64,000 nucleotides of DNA from the NCBI GenBank assembly GCA_028826165.1, contig JAPDFW010000106.1:1-64000 (forward strand), read 5' to 3'. The DNA is from Anaeramoeba ignava BMAN. Its lineage: Eukaryota; Protista; Anaeramoebae. Position numbers and translations under genes: made by a program. The notes beneath the pieces were generated by a model. That model searched no databases. It saw nothing but the letters and a program-made list of their open reading frames with translations, and was not told where the DNA came from. Position 1 is the stretch's first letter. Each line of letters begins with the position of its first letter. Below, piece after piece: positions 1 through 13,902 of the stretch.

Positions 1-3000
1 AATAACTGTATATTTTGATTTAATACATCATATAATGGTTCAAATAATTGTTCTTGATTACATAAAACAATAATATTTTTATCAGCAATTAAATTGGCAA
101 CATTTTTCAAATCATGATAAGTTTGAATTTCTTTATCTTCATTGAAATATGATCCATATAAAAGCTTAATGTTTCTTTCTTTAAAATCTTTTTTCAATTT
201 TTCAATAATTAATGGAAGAATTGTCATTTCTTCACAAATTATCATTAGATGTCTTGATTTTATTTTTCGTTCATTTGGGTTGATTTCTAAATTATCAGTA
301 ATTAGATTCATTGTTGATTTTTTTTCCATTATATCATCATTCCAATAACCATATTTTTTTAATAATGGTTCGATAATCTCATCAAAAAATTGTTTAGGTG
401 CTCCTCCAAAATTTCTGAGAAATGATTGAAAAACAATTTCTAAAATTTCTTGTTTTGAACATTCATTTTTCCTATCTTTCTCTTTTATATCTTTCATATC
501 ATATCCAATCATTTTAATTAAATAATAAAAATCTCTTAATCCAAAGAAATTTTCCCTAATTATTCTTTCTTCACTTTCTTCAGTTTCTTTGATTTTTTTT
601 TGTTGTGCTTGAAATATTTCAAGATAAATTTCTGCAAGTTTTTCTGGTATTTTGAATTCTTTTTTACTTGGTTTATAAATTGATGAGATGAAAATTGATT
701 CAAAAATTGATTTTCCTGTTTCTTTTAATTCTTCTTTATCTGGATCATATCTTGGAAGGAATATTCCTCGATTTGTTTTACTTGCATCAAATTTCCAATT
801 TGAAATTGCAATAATTGGGAATTTGTCTTCATCTCTTCTTGCATCTTGATTAGATAATTCAAGTTCTTTATGTAATACTTTTAATGGAAATTCTGGATTC
901 ATTTCTGCAAGTGCAACTTCATCTAATAAAACAACTGGAATATTTTCTCTTCTTTGATATTTAATTTCTTGATTTTCTTGATTTTCTTGATTTTCTAAAT
1001 ATTCTCTTTGTTGTTGATATCTTCTTGCTTGTTCAAATATTTTTTCTATAGCTCTTGGTGTTGTTTGAGGTGAACATTGTAATGGGAAAACTCGAATTCT
1101 TTTAAGTTTTCCTTCTCTAACATATTCATTATTTGATGAATTACTTAACCAATTCTTTAAAATATCGATTGATAATGATTTTGAAGTTCCTAATTTAAAT
1201 TTAATTTTAATTTTAATTTTAATTTTAATTTTAATTTTGTAAATGAATTTTAATTTTAATTTTTAATTTACCTGGTTTTCCAATTATAAATAAAGGAATT
1301 TTGGTTTGAATACAAATAAATTCAACTAATAAATTTTCTGTTAATGCTTCATTTGCTGCAATTGCTTGTGATTTTAAATCTAAATTATCATCAATATTCC
1401 TAAAGAATTGTGTTCTGAGTTGATTTATAGCTTCTAAAAATTCATTTTTTGTTTTTGGGAATTTTGGCCTAATGTCTTTAAAAAAAGGAGGAATTTGAAT
1501 ATCTTGCAAAATATATGAATAATAAACTGATCTTAAATTATCTGAAAATCTACATCCATAACTTATAAAAATTGATAAAATAATTCCAATCATCATTTTC
1601 CTTTTCTTTTGTTGAAATCTAGATTGCTTCATTTCTTCAAATTCTTCAGGATCAATAAAAAGGTTAAGTGTTAAATCATCATTCAAAAGATATTCCCAAA
1701 TTTTAAGTGTTCTTGTTGCATCTCTAAGTGAAATTGGAGTTTTTGTATCAAATAATTTTAATTTTACAAATTGATGTGATTTGGAAAGTAAATGCCTAAA
1801 AAGTTCAATTGATTGATTAATTTCATCTTGAGTAAATCCCCAATTACTCCTAAATTTTTGTTTAATCATTTCATTTAAATAAAGTTTTTCACTTTCATCA
1901 TCAAGTGATCCAAAATCAAAAATATGATCAAAAAATGAATCAGGAATTTCTCTAACTTGATAAATAGCTTTTTGTAATTTTTTAACTTCTTTTGATCTTT
2001 CTCCATAATCAAAAATTAATTTTAATTCGAATCCATATTCTTTTTGATTTTCATTTTCAAATTCATTTTGAATTTGATTTTGATTTTGATTTTGATTTTG
2101 ATTTTGATTTTGATTTTGATTTTGATTTTGATTTTGATTTGGAATTGCTTTTCTATAAGGATTTGCAATTGCAATAAATTGAAATTCTTTTGGAAGTGTT
2201 TTTCCTTTATAAATTCTATCAATAATTAAATTCTTCATTAATGAAATACATTCTTTGGAAGCTGTATTAAATTGATCAAAAATAAATATTTGTGGAATAT
2301 TTTCTCTTCTGTTTGCTAATTCTTCTTCAATTATTCCACTTATCATTTCTTCTGTTGTTCCTCCATGAATATCTAAAACGTTTAAATATTTTCCAAGTAA
2401 ATCTCGAAATAGAAATTTGATTAATCTTGTTTTTCCACATCCTGTTTCTCCTAATATAATAACTGGTAATCCTGAAGATAATCTTTGTTGAATTAAAACA
2501 CATTTGATAAAATTATCATTTGTTAATCTATAATTTAAATTATTGATAATATTTGGTAAAATAAGTAATCTATTTTGTGTATCTCCAATTTTTAAAAGGA
2601 AATTTAAATTTTCTTGAATTGAATATTGATTTTCTGTTGAAATAGGTCCAAATGTAATATTTCTTAATCTTAATCTATTTTGTATTTCTTCAGAAAAAAA
2701 TGGTTTTGTGATTTTATTTCGAGAAAGAACTTTAAAATAATCAATTGGTTGTTCTCTTTGATTTCTTGAAAAAGCTATAATTTGTGAATCTTCCATTTTT
2801 TCATCCCATGATAAAGATCTTGTAAATTTATTACATTGAGATTTTTTGTAAATACTTTCAGTTGAAGAAAATGATCTTTTAATAATTGTAAATATTGTTT
2901 CAATTATTAAATTTGAAATTGAATTTCTGAATTCTTGAGCCATTTCTCTTCTATTTGTAAATAATGTTGTTGTTTCTGGATAAAAATCATTCCAATCTTT

Positions 3001-6000
3001 AATTAATTTAATATAAAATCCAAATAAATTCCAAAAATTGTTTAATAACATAAAAGTTGCTTCATTTTCATTAATTCTATTAATTTTAAGAGTTTTATCA
3101 AATAATTTTTTTGGATTATAATTTGAATTTAGTAAAATTTCATTTCTTCTTGCAAAATTTAGATTATTAAAATTTTCTTCTTTTTGTTTTAAAAAATTTG
3201 AACAAATCATCATATTTTCATTAATATTTTGAATAATAATTTGGTTTTCATCAATTTCATATTTATATTTGCAAATAGTTTCTGAATCTGTTTTGCATTC
3301 TTTTTGTTCAATAAATTTAAGAGATGGGAAATATTTTAATCCAAATTCAGAATCTTTAACTCGTGAATTTGGAATTTCAAAATAAAACAAGTGTTTATCT
3401 GGTTTAAAAATGAAAGTAGAATCAGGATGTGAACATCTTTTATCTTCAATATTTCCAAATATTAATAATAACCAAATTAACTCAGCTGTTTCATTTCCAA
3501 CAGAATAAGCTAAATCAAAATGGAAACATTTTCTTGAATTTGGTGATTTGTGTTCTTCTTCTATTAATTTTTGTATTAATGATTTTGGATCATCTTTTCG
3601 AATATCAATATGGCAATATTTATATGGATTTTCATTTTTATTTTTGGAATTGATTTCAAATAATTCTTTTCTAATTTGGAATGTTTTACCAGAACCTGCT
3701 AATTTTGAAACAAATACTTTCATTTTTTTAGATCTTTCTGGAAATTTCTCTTCCCATTCTTTTTGAATAAATCTTATTTGTTTTGATATTTTTGTTTCTT
3801 GATCATCTTTATTCTTCTTTTTTGCTTTTTCCAATTTAAATTCATTTTGAATTTGATCTTGTTTTAAACTTGTGAAGAAAGAACTCAAATAATTTCTTGT
3901 TTCATTTGAATTTTCTAATGAAAATAACATTATTGATTTTTGTTTTGTTTGTGAATTATGTTTTCTTGTTGTTTTAAGTTTTGAAATCAAATTTTTTTGT
4001 AATGTTTTAGAAAGTTTATGAGGGAAAATTATTGAAAATAATTGATCATCAATTAATGTTTGTGATTTTTTAAATAAAATAATAAATCTAGAAATATCAT
4101 CTTGAGTTGTGTTTTTGTTACAAAAAAGAATTTGTTCTTTTGTTGGGAATTTTTTTGTGTATTTGAGATATAATGTTGTCAGAAGTTCATAAATTTCCAT
4201 TTCTTTTTGAATTTGAATAACAAATATTGGTTCTTGATTTTGTGGTGGCCAATTTGTGGAAAATAATTTTTGAAGTTCATTTTGTGATTTTGATTCTTTT
4301 TTTTTTGTTTGAATATCTGTTAATTCTCTTTTGAAATAACGGAAATCTTTTGATTTATCATTTTTATCTCTTTTCCATTTAAAATTTTCATCTATTCCCA
4401 ATAAATCAAGAGATTGTCTTATTTTTTCAATTTCTTTTGATTTTTTTGATTTAAGTGCATTATAAATTTCTTTAATTTGATCAAATTGATTTTCAAGTTT
4501 TTGATGTAATTCTTGAATAAATAATTTAAAATCTTCTTCTTCTTCTTCTTCATTTCTTTTCCATTTAAATTCTGAATTAATTTTTGATAAATGAAGAATT
4601 GGTTCAATTTTTTTAATTTCATCTCCATTATTTGATTTAAGAGAATTGTAAATAATTTTGATTTGTTCATAAGAATAAAAGAAACTGTAAAAATATTTTC
4701 TAATTACTTCTATTTCAATTTCTGTCCATTCTCTTTTCAATTTTCTCATTTCATCAATTATATTTTGCAAACTGTTTCTTGATTTAATTTCATATTTAAT
4801 AGAATAGCCTTTAATGAATTTAGGATGAATTGATTTCTTGAAATGATCGAATAAATTAATCATTTCTTGAATAAGTGGAATATAATGAGTAAACTTTTGT
4901 ACTTTTGTGTCTTTTTCTGCATTTTCAAGTAATAGCATATTAATATCAACAAAATCTTGAAAAGAAAATTTATTTTGATCATTTTTCTCTTTTAATTTAA
5001 AAATTTCACATTCAAATTCAATTTCATCTTTAATTTCAAATTTAAATGTTTTCTTGGGGTTAGATAAAATATTTTCTAAATTTTTGGATGCTTTTTGCTT
5101 AGGTGTTTCAAGTTGTCGTTTGATTAAATCAATAATTTCTGGTAACGAAATGAAAATTTGTTTAATAATTCTTGATTGTTGATCTTGATTAAATTCAAGT
5201 GATAATTTCTTTTTCCAAATTTCTTCATTTTCTTTGATTAAATTAATTAAATTGCTTAAAGTTGTAATTTTTGATTTTTCTTCTGATAAAAATTTTTCAA
5301 GTCTACTTCTAATATAATCAAAAGGTGCTTCAAAAATAAAAAACTCTTCATCAATCAATTCCATTACATTATTCCAATCGTCTGTATTATCTTTCATAAA
5401 ATTGAATAATTGATCATTAAAAATTGGAACACCATCTCTTACTTCTTTTATAGGGAAAATATCTGAAAGGAATGAAAAAAATTCTGGATTTAAACTTTGA
5501 ATAAATTTTTGATAAAGGTTATAAAATGATTCAACATATTTTAAACTTTTAGTTTCTGTTAATTTTCTCCAAAAATTGATTTAAATTCTTCAAATTCTTT
5601 ATCTTTTAATTCAAATTTTTCACAAAAGTGAATAAAAACTGGATAATTTTGATTTGATTCTTTTCCAAATTCAAAAAAAGGAAAGTAAAGTGAATTTGAA
5701 TGGATTTTTCTTTCTATTAAATCACCAAATTGAAGGATATTTTTATTGGAAGAATCTTCGGTAATAACAAAATAAAAAGGAACTTCTAATATTTTGTTTA
5801 AATCAAGTTGCAAATACCAAATGAATTCATTTTGTTTGTTTAGTTGATCCATTTCAAGGATTTCATTTTCATTTTCTTTTTCAATTTCTTTTTCTTTTTC
5901 TTTTTGTTTTTCTTTTTCTTTTTCTTTTTGTTTTTGAGGAATAACAATTAAAACTTTTTCTTTTTCTTTTTTCTTTTTAGGATCAATTAAAAGGAAAATT

Positions 6001-6035
6001 TGAATTAAATTTTGTTTTAAATTATTTAATTCCAT
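1..6035 (-). CDS. RNF213/mysterin-like multi-AAA+ ATPase; 3' end lies beyond the left edge; one intron (1190-1271) and one apparent frameshift near 5565
   Basis: Motifs LAGSGKT, LTNDNFIKCVLIQQRLSSGLPVIILGETGCGKT, FIAIANPYR, ISLRD, IAANEALTENL. Splicing GT(1271)..AG(1190) restores Walker A GKPGTSKSLS, followed by LQCSPQTT, VVLLDEVALAE, PLKVLH, ISNWKFDASKTNRG, FFGLRDFY and LRNFGG, all typical of RNF213. The frame of ORF 1231-5397 stays open upstream to ~5560 and meets ORF 5559-6035 with a 1-nt shift. Confidence 0.88.
2071..2140 (-). repeat. Coding hexamer microsatellite giving poly-(NQ) inside the RNF213-like AAA region
   Basis: (TTTTGA)n on the + strand, read as QNQNQN in ORF 1231-5397. Confidence 0.9.
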
Positions 6036-6479
6036 TTTTAAAAAAAAAATGAAAAAAATGAATAAAAAAAATTTTTTTGTTTTTTATTTAAATTTAATTT
6101 TTTTGCCTGCATTTTATTTTAAATTTTTTTGTTTTTATTAATTTTTTTGGACACTTTTTTTCTTAATTTTTTTCAATTAGATCTATATTTAATATTATTT
6201 GGATCATCTTTTAATGAAATGAATAAGATTAAATTTAAGGAAACAAATTACATTTTGAATTAATTTTATTTTTTGCTTTTTTTTTTTACAATTAATTGAT
6301 TTCTTTATTAGAAAAAAATTAAAATAAAGTCAGACAACTAAAAAAAATAATTGTTTTTTAAATAATAAATTAAAAAACAATAAAAAGGAATAATAAAATT
6401 TATTCAAAATGTATTTTAAAGAATTTTTTAATGGGAATTAATTAATTTAAATTATTTTATTTTTGAAAGAAACAATTAA

Positions 6480-7345
<866 letters not shown>

Positions 7346-7472
7346 TTAATCTTAAAATCTTAAAATAAATCTTAAAATTAAAAAAGAAAAAAGGGATCAT
7401 CAATAGGAAAAAAAAAAGGCAAAAAAAAACTTTCAAAATTTTTCATTTTTCATTTTTTTCATTTGAAATAAA

Positions 7473-9482
7473 ATGATTTATTCAAAAGATTCTCTTACAA
7501 ACAAAGTTGTTCTGAGTGTTTATTGTGAAAATTTAATTACTAAAGATTTATTTGGGTTATTATTATTATTATTATTATTTTAAATTATTGAAATAAAAAT
7601 TATTTTTTCTGTTTCAAAAAAAAATTTAGTAAAGGTGATCCAATGGTTGTTGTTTATGAAAATGGACAAGAAATTGGAAGATCGGAAAGTTATAAAAGTA
7701 AATTCAATTTAATTAAATTATTTAAATTATTTTAATTAATTTAAATTTAAATTTAAATTTAGATGAACCAAATCCAGTTTTTATGAAAAGATTTGAAGTA
7801 AAATAATTTAAATAAAATAATTTAAATGAATAAATAAATTTGAATAAATAATTTTGTGAATAAAAGTTAATTTATAACATTGAACAAGTTCAAAAAATTG
7901 CTATATCTGTTTATGATATTGATTATGTTTCACAAGAGCTTTCAGAAAGAAATTTTATTAGTTCAATAACTTTCCCACTTTCAGAACTTTTTTCACAACC
8001 AACACTTACAATAACCAAAGATTTAGAAAATTCCAAAAAAAATAAATCTCAAGGGAAATGCACAATAATTGGATGGTTTGTGAAAAATGAAAAACAATGT
8101 TTCAACACAAAAGTAATTGGAACAAATCTTGATAAGAAAGATTTATTTGGAAAAAGCGATCCTTATTTAATTTTTTATTCAAAAAAAGCAGATGATTCAA
8201 TTTGGTTTCCAGTTTATCAAACTGAAATTTTAATGAAAACTTTAAATCCAATTTGGGAACCAATTTCAATTAGAATTCATAAATTTGTTGGAGGAGAAAT
8301 GCCAAATATGATTAAAATTGAATGTTATGATTGGAATAAATCAGGAAAAAGAGATTTTATTGGAGAAGGAGAATTTAATGTTGAAGAATTAATTCAAAAA
8401 GATAAATTTGAATTATCATTAATTGAACCTAAAAAAAAGGAAAAGAAGAAGAATTATCAAAATTCAGGAGTTTTAACATTTACAAATTCAATTATTACAG
8501 AAGAACCAACTTTTGAAACATTATTTCAAGAAGGTCATTCAATTTCTCTTTATGTTACAATTGATTTTTCTACTGCAAATTTTAAATGTAGCAAAAAATC
8601 ATCTTTACATCATTTTGATAAAGAAAAAAGAATAACAAGTCCTTATCAAAAGGCAATAAGAAATTGTTTATCATCTGTTCAAAATTTGATAATTGATGAT
8701 CCAATTTATACTTATGGATATGGAGCTAAAACAACAAAAGGAAATCAAGATTGTTTCCCATTAAATGGAAAAGAAAATGCAGGAATTCAAGGAATTGAAT
8801 CAATTTTAATGGAATATGAAACTGCATTAAATGATGAGAAGAATTTTAAACAGTTAATTTAAAAAAAAATATATTTTTTTTGATTCAAGTATTTATTTAA
8901 AATATTCAAATGAAATAGAATTAGTTCTCCTACTATTCTTCCTTGTTTAGATCATGTTGTTGAAGAAGTTAAAAAGAAATCACAACAAGATACAATGAAA
9001 TACAATGTTTTAGTAATGTTTGTTCGAGGAAATTACAAAAAACTTGATTTAATTAAACTTAAAATTATTGAAGCATCAAAATTACCTCTTTCAATAATTT
9101 TTGTTGGAGTAATTAATTCATTTTTAATCCAAAAAAAAGGAAGAAATAATTTTTAATTTATTTTCTTTATGATTTAGATTGGAAACAGATTTATTTCAAC
9201 GAAAGATAGTACTATTGATGTTTTCTTTCCTTTTTATCTACTTGATTATGGATATTTGAGAAAACCAACTAAAAAACAAATTCCTAAAAGAGATATTGTT
9301 AATACAGTGTTTTATGATAGTTATCATGATTTATCTTCTTTTGAATTTTTTAAGAAAACTTTTGAAAAAGTAATTTTTTAAAAAATTTTTAAAATTTTAA
9401 ATTCAAAATTAAATTTAAAATTAAAACAAAAAAAAAGGTTCCTGATCAAATGGTTGAATTTTACAGACAATTTCAAAAATAA
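7473..9482 (+). CDS. Copine-family protein (C2A-C2B-vWA), tandem copy 1, multi-exon
   Basis: ATG 7473. Spliced exons give LSVYCENL..KDLFGKGDP, EPNPVFMKRF, NLDKKDLFGKSDPY, TLNPIW, IECYDWN, VTIDFS, IIEASKLPLSIIFVG, KRDIV and VPDQMVEFY. Stop TAA 9480-9482. Confidence 0.9.
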
Positions 9483-9562
9483 TTCAATTCTTTTAAAAAT
9501 CAAACAAATTTTTTATTTTCATTTTTTCATTTTTCCATTTTTCATTTTTCATTTGAAATAAA

Positions 9563-11570
9563 ATGATTTATTCAAAAGATTCAATAACAAACAAAGTTGT
9601 TCTGAGTGTTTATTGTGAAAATTTAGTTTCTAAAGATTTATTTAGGTTATTATTATTATTATTATTATTTTAAATTATTGAAATAGCAAAAAATTATTTT
9701 TTCTCTGTTTCAAAAAAAAAATTTAGTAAAAGTGATCCAATGGTTGTTGTTTATGAAAATGGACAAGAAATTGGACGTTCTGAATTTTATCCAAGTAAAA
9801 TTTATTTTAATTTATTAAATTTTATTTTAATTTAATTTAAATTTAAATTTAGATGAACCAAATCCAGTTTTTATGAAAAGATTTGAAGTAAAATAATTTA
9901 AATAAAATAATTTAAATGAATAAATAATTTAAAATAAATAAATTTGTGAATAAAAGTTAATTTATAACATTGAACAAGTTCAAAAAATTACTATATCTGT
10001 TTATGATATTGATAATAGATCACAAGATCTTAAACATCATGATTTTATTGGTTCAATGATTTTCCCACTTTCAGAACTTTTTTCACAACCAACACTTACA
10101 ATAACCAAAGATTTAGAAAATTCCAAAAAAAATAAATCTCAAGGGAAATGCACAATAATTGGATGGTTTGTGAAAAATGAAAAACAATGTTTCAACACAA
10201 AAGTAATTGGAACAAATCTTGATAAGAAAGATTTATTTGGAAAAAGTGATCCTTATTTAATTTTTTATTCAAAAAAAGCAGATGATTCAATTTGGTTTCC
10301 AGTTTATCAAACTGAAATTTTAATGAAAACTTTAAATCCAATTTGGGAACCAATTTCAATTAGAATACATAAATTTGTTGGAGGAGAAATGCCAAATATG
10401 ATTAAAATTGAATGTTATGATTGGAATAAATCAGGAAAACCAGATTTTATTGGAGAAGGAGAATTTAATGTTCAAGAATTACTTCAAAAAGATAAATTTG
10501 AATTATCATTAATTGAACCTAAAAAAGCAAAGAAGAAGAATTATCAAAATTCAGGAGTTTTAACATTTACAAATTCAATTATTACAGAAGAACCAACTTT
10601 TCAAACATTATTTCAAGAAGGTCATTCAATTTCTCTTTATGTTGCAATTGATTTTTCATCTTTAAATTTAAAATGGAGCAAAAAATCATCTTTACATCAT
10701 TTTGATAAAGAAAAAAGAATAGCAAGTTTTTATCAAATAGCAATAAGAAATTGTTTATCATCTGTTCAAAATTTGATAATTGATGATCCAATTTATACTT
10801 ATGGATATGGAGCTAAAACAACAAAAGGAAATCAAGATTGTTTTTCATTAAATGGAAAAGAAAATGCAGGAATTCAAGGAATTGAATCAATTTTAATGGA
10901 ATATGAAACTGCATTAAATGATGAGAAGAATTTTAAACAGTTAATTTAAAAAAAAATATATATTTTTTGATTCAATTATTTATTTAAAATATTCAAATGA
11001 AATAGAGTTCTTTGTCAAAGTATCTTTCCTTGTTTAGATCATGTTGTTGAAGAAGTTAAAAAGAAATCACAACAAGATACAATGAAATACAATGTTTTAG
11101 TAATGTTTGTTCGCAGAAATCTCAGGAAACTTGATTCAGTTAAACTTAAAATTATTGAAGCATCAAAATTACCTCTTTCAATAATTTTTGTTGGAGTAAT
11201 TAATTCATTTTTAATCAAAAAAAAAGGAAGAAATGATTTTTAATTTATTTTCTTTATAATTTAGATTGGAAAAAGATGGATTAAATCTGGAGATGATACT
11301 ATTGATTGTTTCCTTCCTTTTGATTTACTTAATTATGGATATTTGAGAAAACCAACTAAAAAACAAATTCCTAAAAGAGATATTGTTAATACAGTGTTTT
11401 ATGATAGTTATCATGATTTATCTTCTTTTGAATTTTTTAAGAAAACTTTTGAAAAAGTAATTTTTTAAAAAATTTTTAAAATTTTAAATTCAAAATTAAA
11501 TTTAAAATTAAAACAAAAAAAAAAGGTTCCTGATCAAATGGTTGAATTTTACAGACAATTTAACAAATAA
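9563..11570 (+). CDS. Copine-family protein, tandem copy 2, multi-exon
   Basis: Same exon/intron layout as copy 1; KDLFSKSDP, VYDIDN..DLKHHDFIG, VAIDFS. Stop 11568-11570. Confidence 0.9.
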
Positions 11571-11742
11571 TTCAATTCTTTTAAAAATCAAACAAATTTC
11601 ATATTTTCCTTTTTTTTTTGATTCAAAAAATCATTTCCAAAAAAAAATATCTTTTTCATTCCACTTTTTTATTTTTCATTTTTCATTTTTCATTTTTCAT
11701 TTTTCATTTTTCATTTTTTCATTTTTTTTTTGCTTAATCAAA

Positions 11743-13780
11743 ATGATTGATTTAAAAAATTCAAAAAATCAAAGAGTTTGTCTTGCAGTTTATTGTGAAA
11801 ACATTCCAAAAAGAGATTATTTCACGTTTTGTTTACTAAATTGAATAATTATATATATTTTTAAATTATTGAAATAACAATTTTTTCTGTTTTCAAAAAA
11901 AAATTTAGTAAAAGAAATCCAATGGTTGTTGTTTATGAAAATGAAGAAGAAATTGGACGTTCTGAATTTTATCCAAGTAAAATTTATTTTAATTTATTAA
12001 ATTTTATTTAAATTTTATTTAAATTTAAATTTAAATTTAGATGAACCAAATCCAGTTTTTATGAAAAGATTTGAAGTAAATTAATTTAAATAAATTTGAA
12101 TAAATAATTTAAAATAAATAATTTTGTAAATAAAAGTTTTTTTATAATCCTGATGAAGTGCAAAATATAACAATCAAAGTTTTGGATCATTGTTTTCATT
12201 CAAAAATTTTAACTGATCAACCTTTCGTTGGATTAATTAATTTCCCACTTTCAGAACTTTTTTCACAACCAACACTTACAATAAATAAAAAGTTAGAACA
12301 CATAAATCTTCAACCAGAAAATCCAGAGCCAAAATGCACAGTAATTGGATGGTTTGTGAAAAATGAAAAACAATGTTTCAACACAAAAGTAATTGGAACA
12401 AATCTTGATAAGAAAGATGCATTTGGAAAAAGTGATCCTTATTTAATTTTTTATTCAAAAAAAGCAGATGATTTAATTTGGTTTCCAGTTTATCAAACTG
12501 AAATTTTAATGAAAACTTTAAATCCAATTTGGGAACCAATTTCAATTAGAATACATAAATTTGTTGGAGGAGAAATGCCAAATATAATTAAAATTGAATG
12601 TTATGATTGGAATAAATCAGGAAAACCAGATTTTATTGGAGAAGGAGAATTTAATGTTCAAGAATTACTTCAAAAAGATAAATTTGAATTATCATTAATT
12701 GAACCTAAAAAAAAGGAAAAGAAGAAGAATTATCAAAATTCAGGAGTTTTAACATTTACAAATTCAATTGTTATAGAAGAACCAACTTTTCAAACATTAT
12801 TGAAAGAAGGTCATTCAATTTCCATTTACGTTACAATTGATTTTTCTATTGCAAATTTTAAAAGAAAAGAAGAGAATTCATTCCACTATTTTGATAAAGA
12901 AAAAGGAATAATAAGTTTACATCAAAAGGCAATAAGAAATTGTTTATCATCTGTTCAAGATTGGCTAATTGATGATCCAATTTATACTTATGGATATGGA
13001 GCTAAAACAACAAAAGGAAATCAAGATTGTTTTTCATTAAATGGAAAAGAAAATGCAGGGATTCAAGGAATTGAATCAATTTTAATGGAATATGAAACTG
13101 CATTAAATGATGAGAAGAATTTTAAACAGTTAATTTAAAAAAAATATATTTTTTTTGATTCAAGTATTTATTTAAAATATTCAAATGAAATAGAGTTTAT
13201 TCCAGAAGTATCTTTCCTTGTTTAGATCATGTTATTGAAGAAATTAAAAAGAAATCACAACAAGATCCAATGAAATATTTTGTTATTGTGATGTTTGTTA
13301 GGACAAATATTAAGCAAAGAGAAGAAACTTATCTTAAAATTATTGAAGCATCAAAATTACCAATTTCAATAATTTTTGTTTGTGTAAATACTTTATATTT
13401 ATATTTATATTTATATTCAAGTTAAATTGAAGAAAAAAAAACAAAAATGTAATATTTGTTGATATTTTAGGTTGGAATTAGAAGCATGCAATTAAAAGGG
13501 AAGAAAGTTGGATGTTTTGGTCCTTTTGTAGGACTTGATTATGAATATTTGAGAATGCCATTAAAAAAACAAATTCCTAAAAGAGATATTGTTAATACAG
13601 TTGTTTTTGAAAGTCATTTAGAGTTAGATCATGAAAAAATATTTGATAGAACTTTCCAAAAAGTAAATTTTTTAATTTACAAATTATAAATTTAAAATTA
13701 AAATTAAAATTTAAATTTTATAAAACAAAAAAAAGGTTCCTGATCAAATGGTTGAATTTTACAAACAATTTAACAAATAA
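11743..13780 (+). CDS. Copine-family protein, tandem copy 3 (divergent C2A), multi-exon
   Basis: Same layout. C2B is near-identical to copies 1 and 2; C2A and vWA are diverged. Stop 13778-13780. Confidence 0.88.
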
Positions 13781-13902
13781 TTCAATTCTTTTAAAAATCA
13801 AAATTTTATTTTTTATTTTCCTTTTTTTTTTTTCTTAAAAAAGAAACATTACAAAAAAAAAATGAAATGAAAAAATATAATATCATTTCTTAATAATTAA
13901 AG

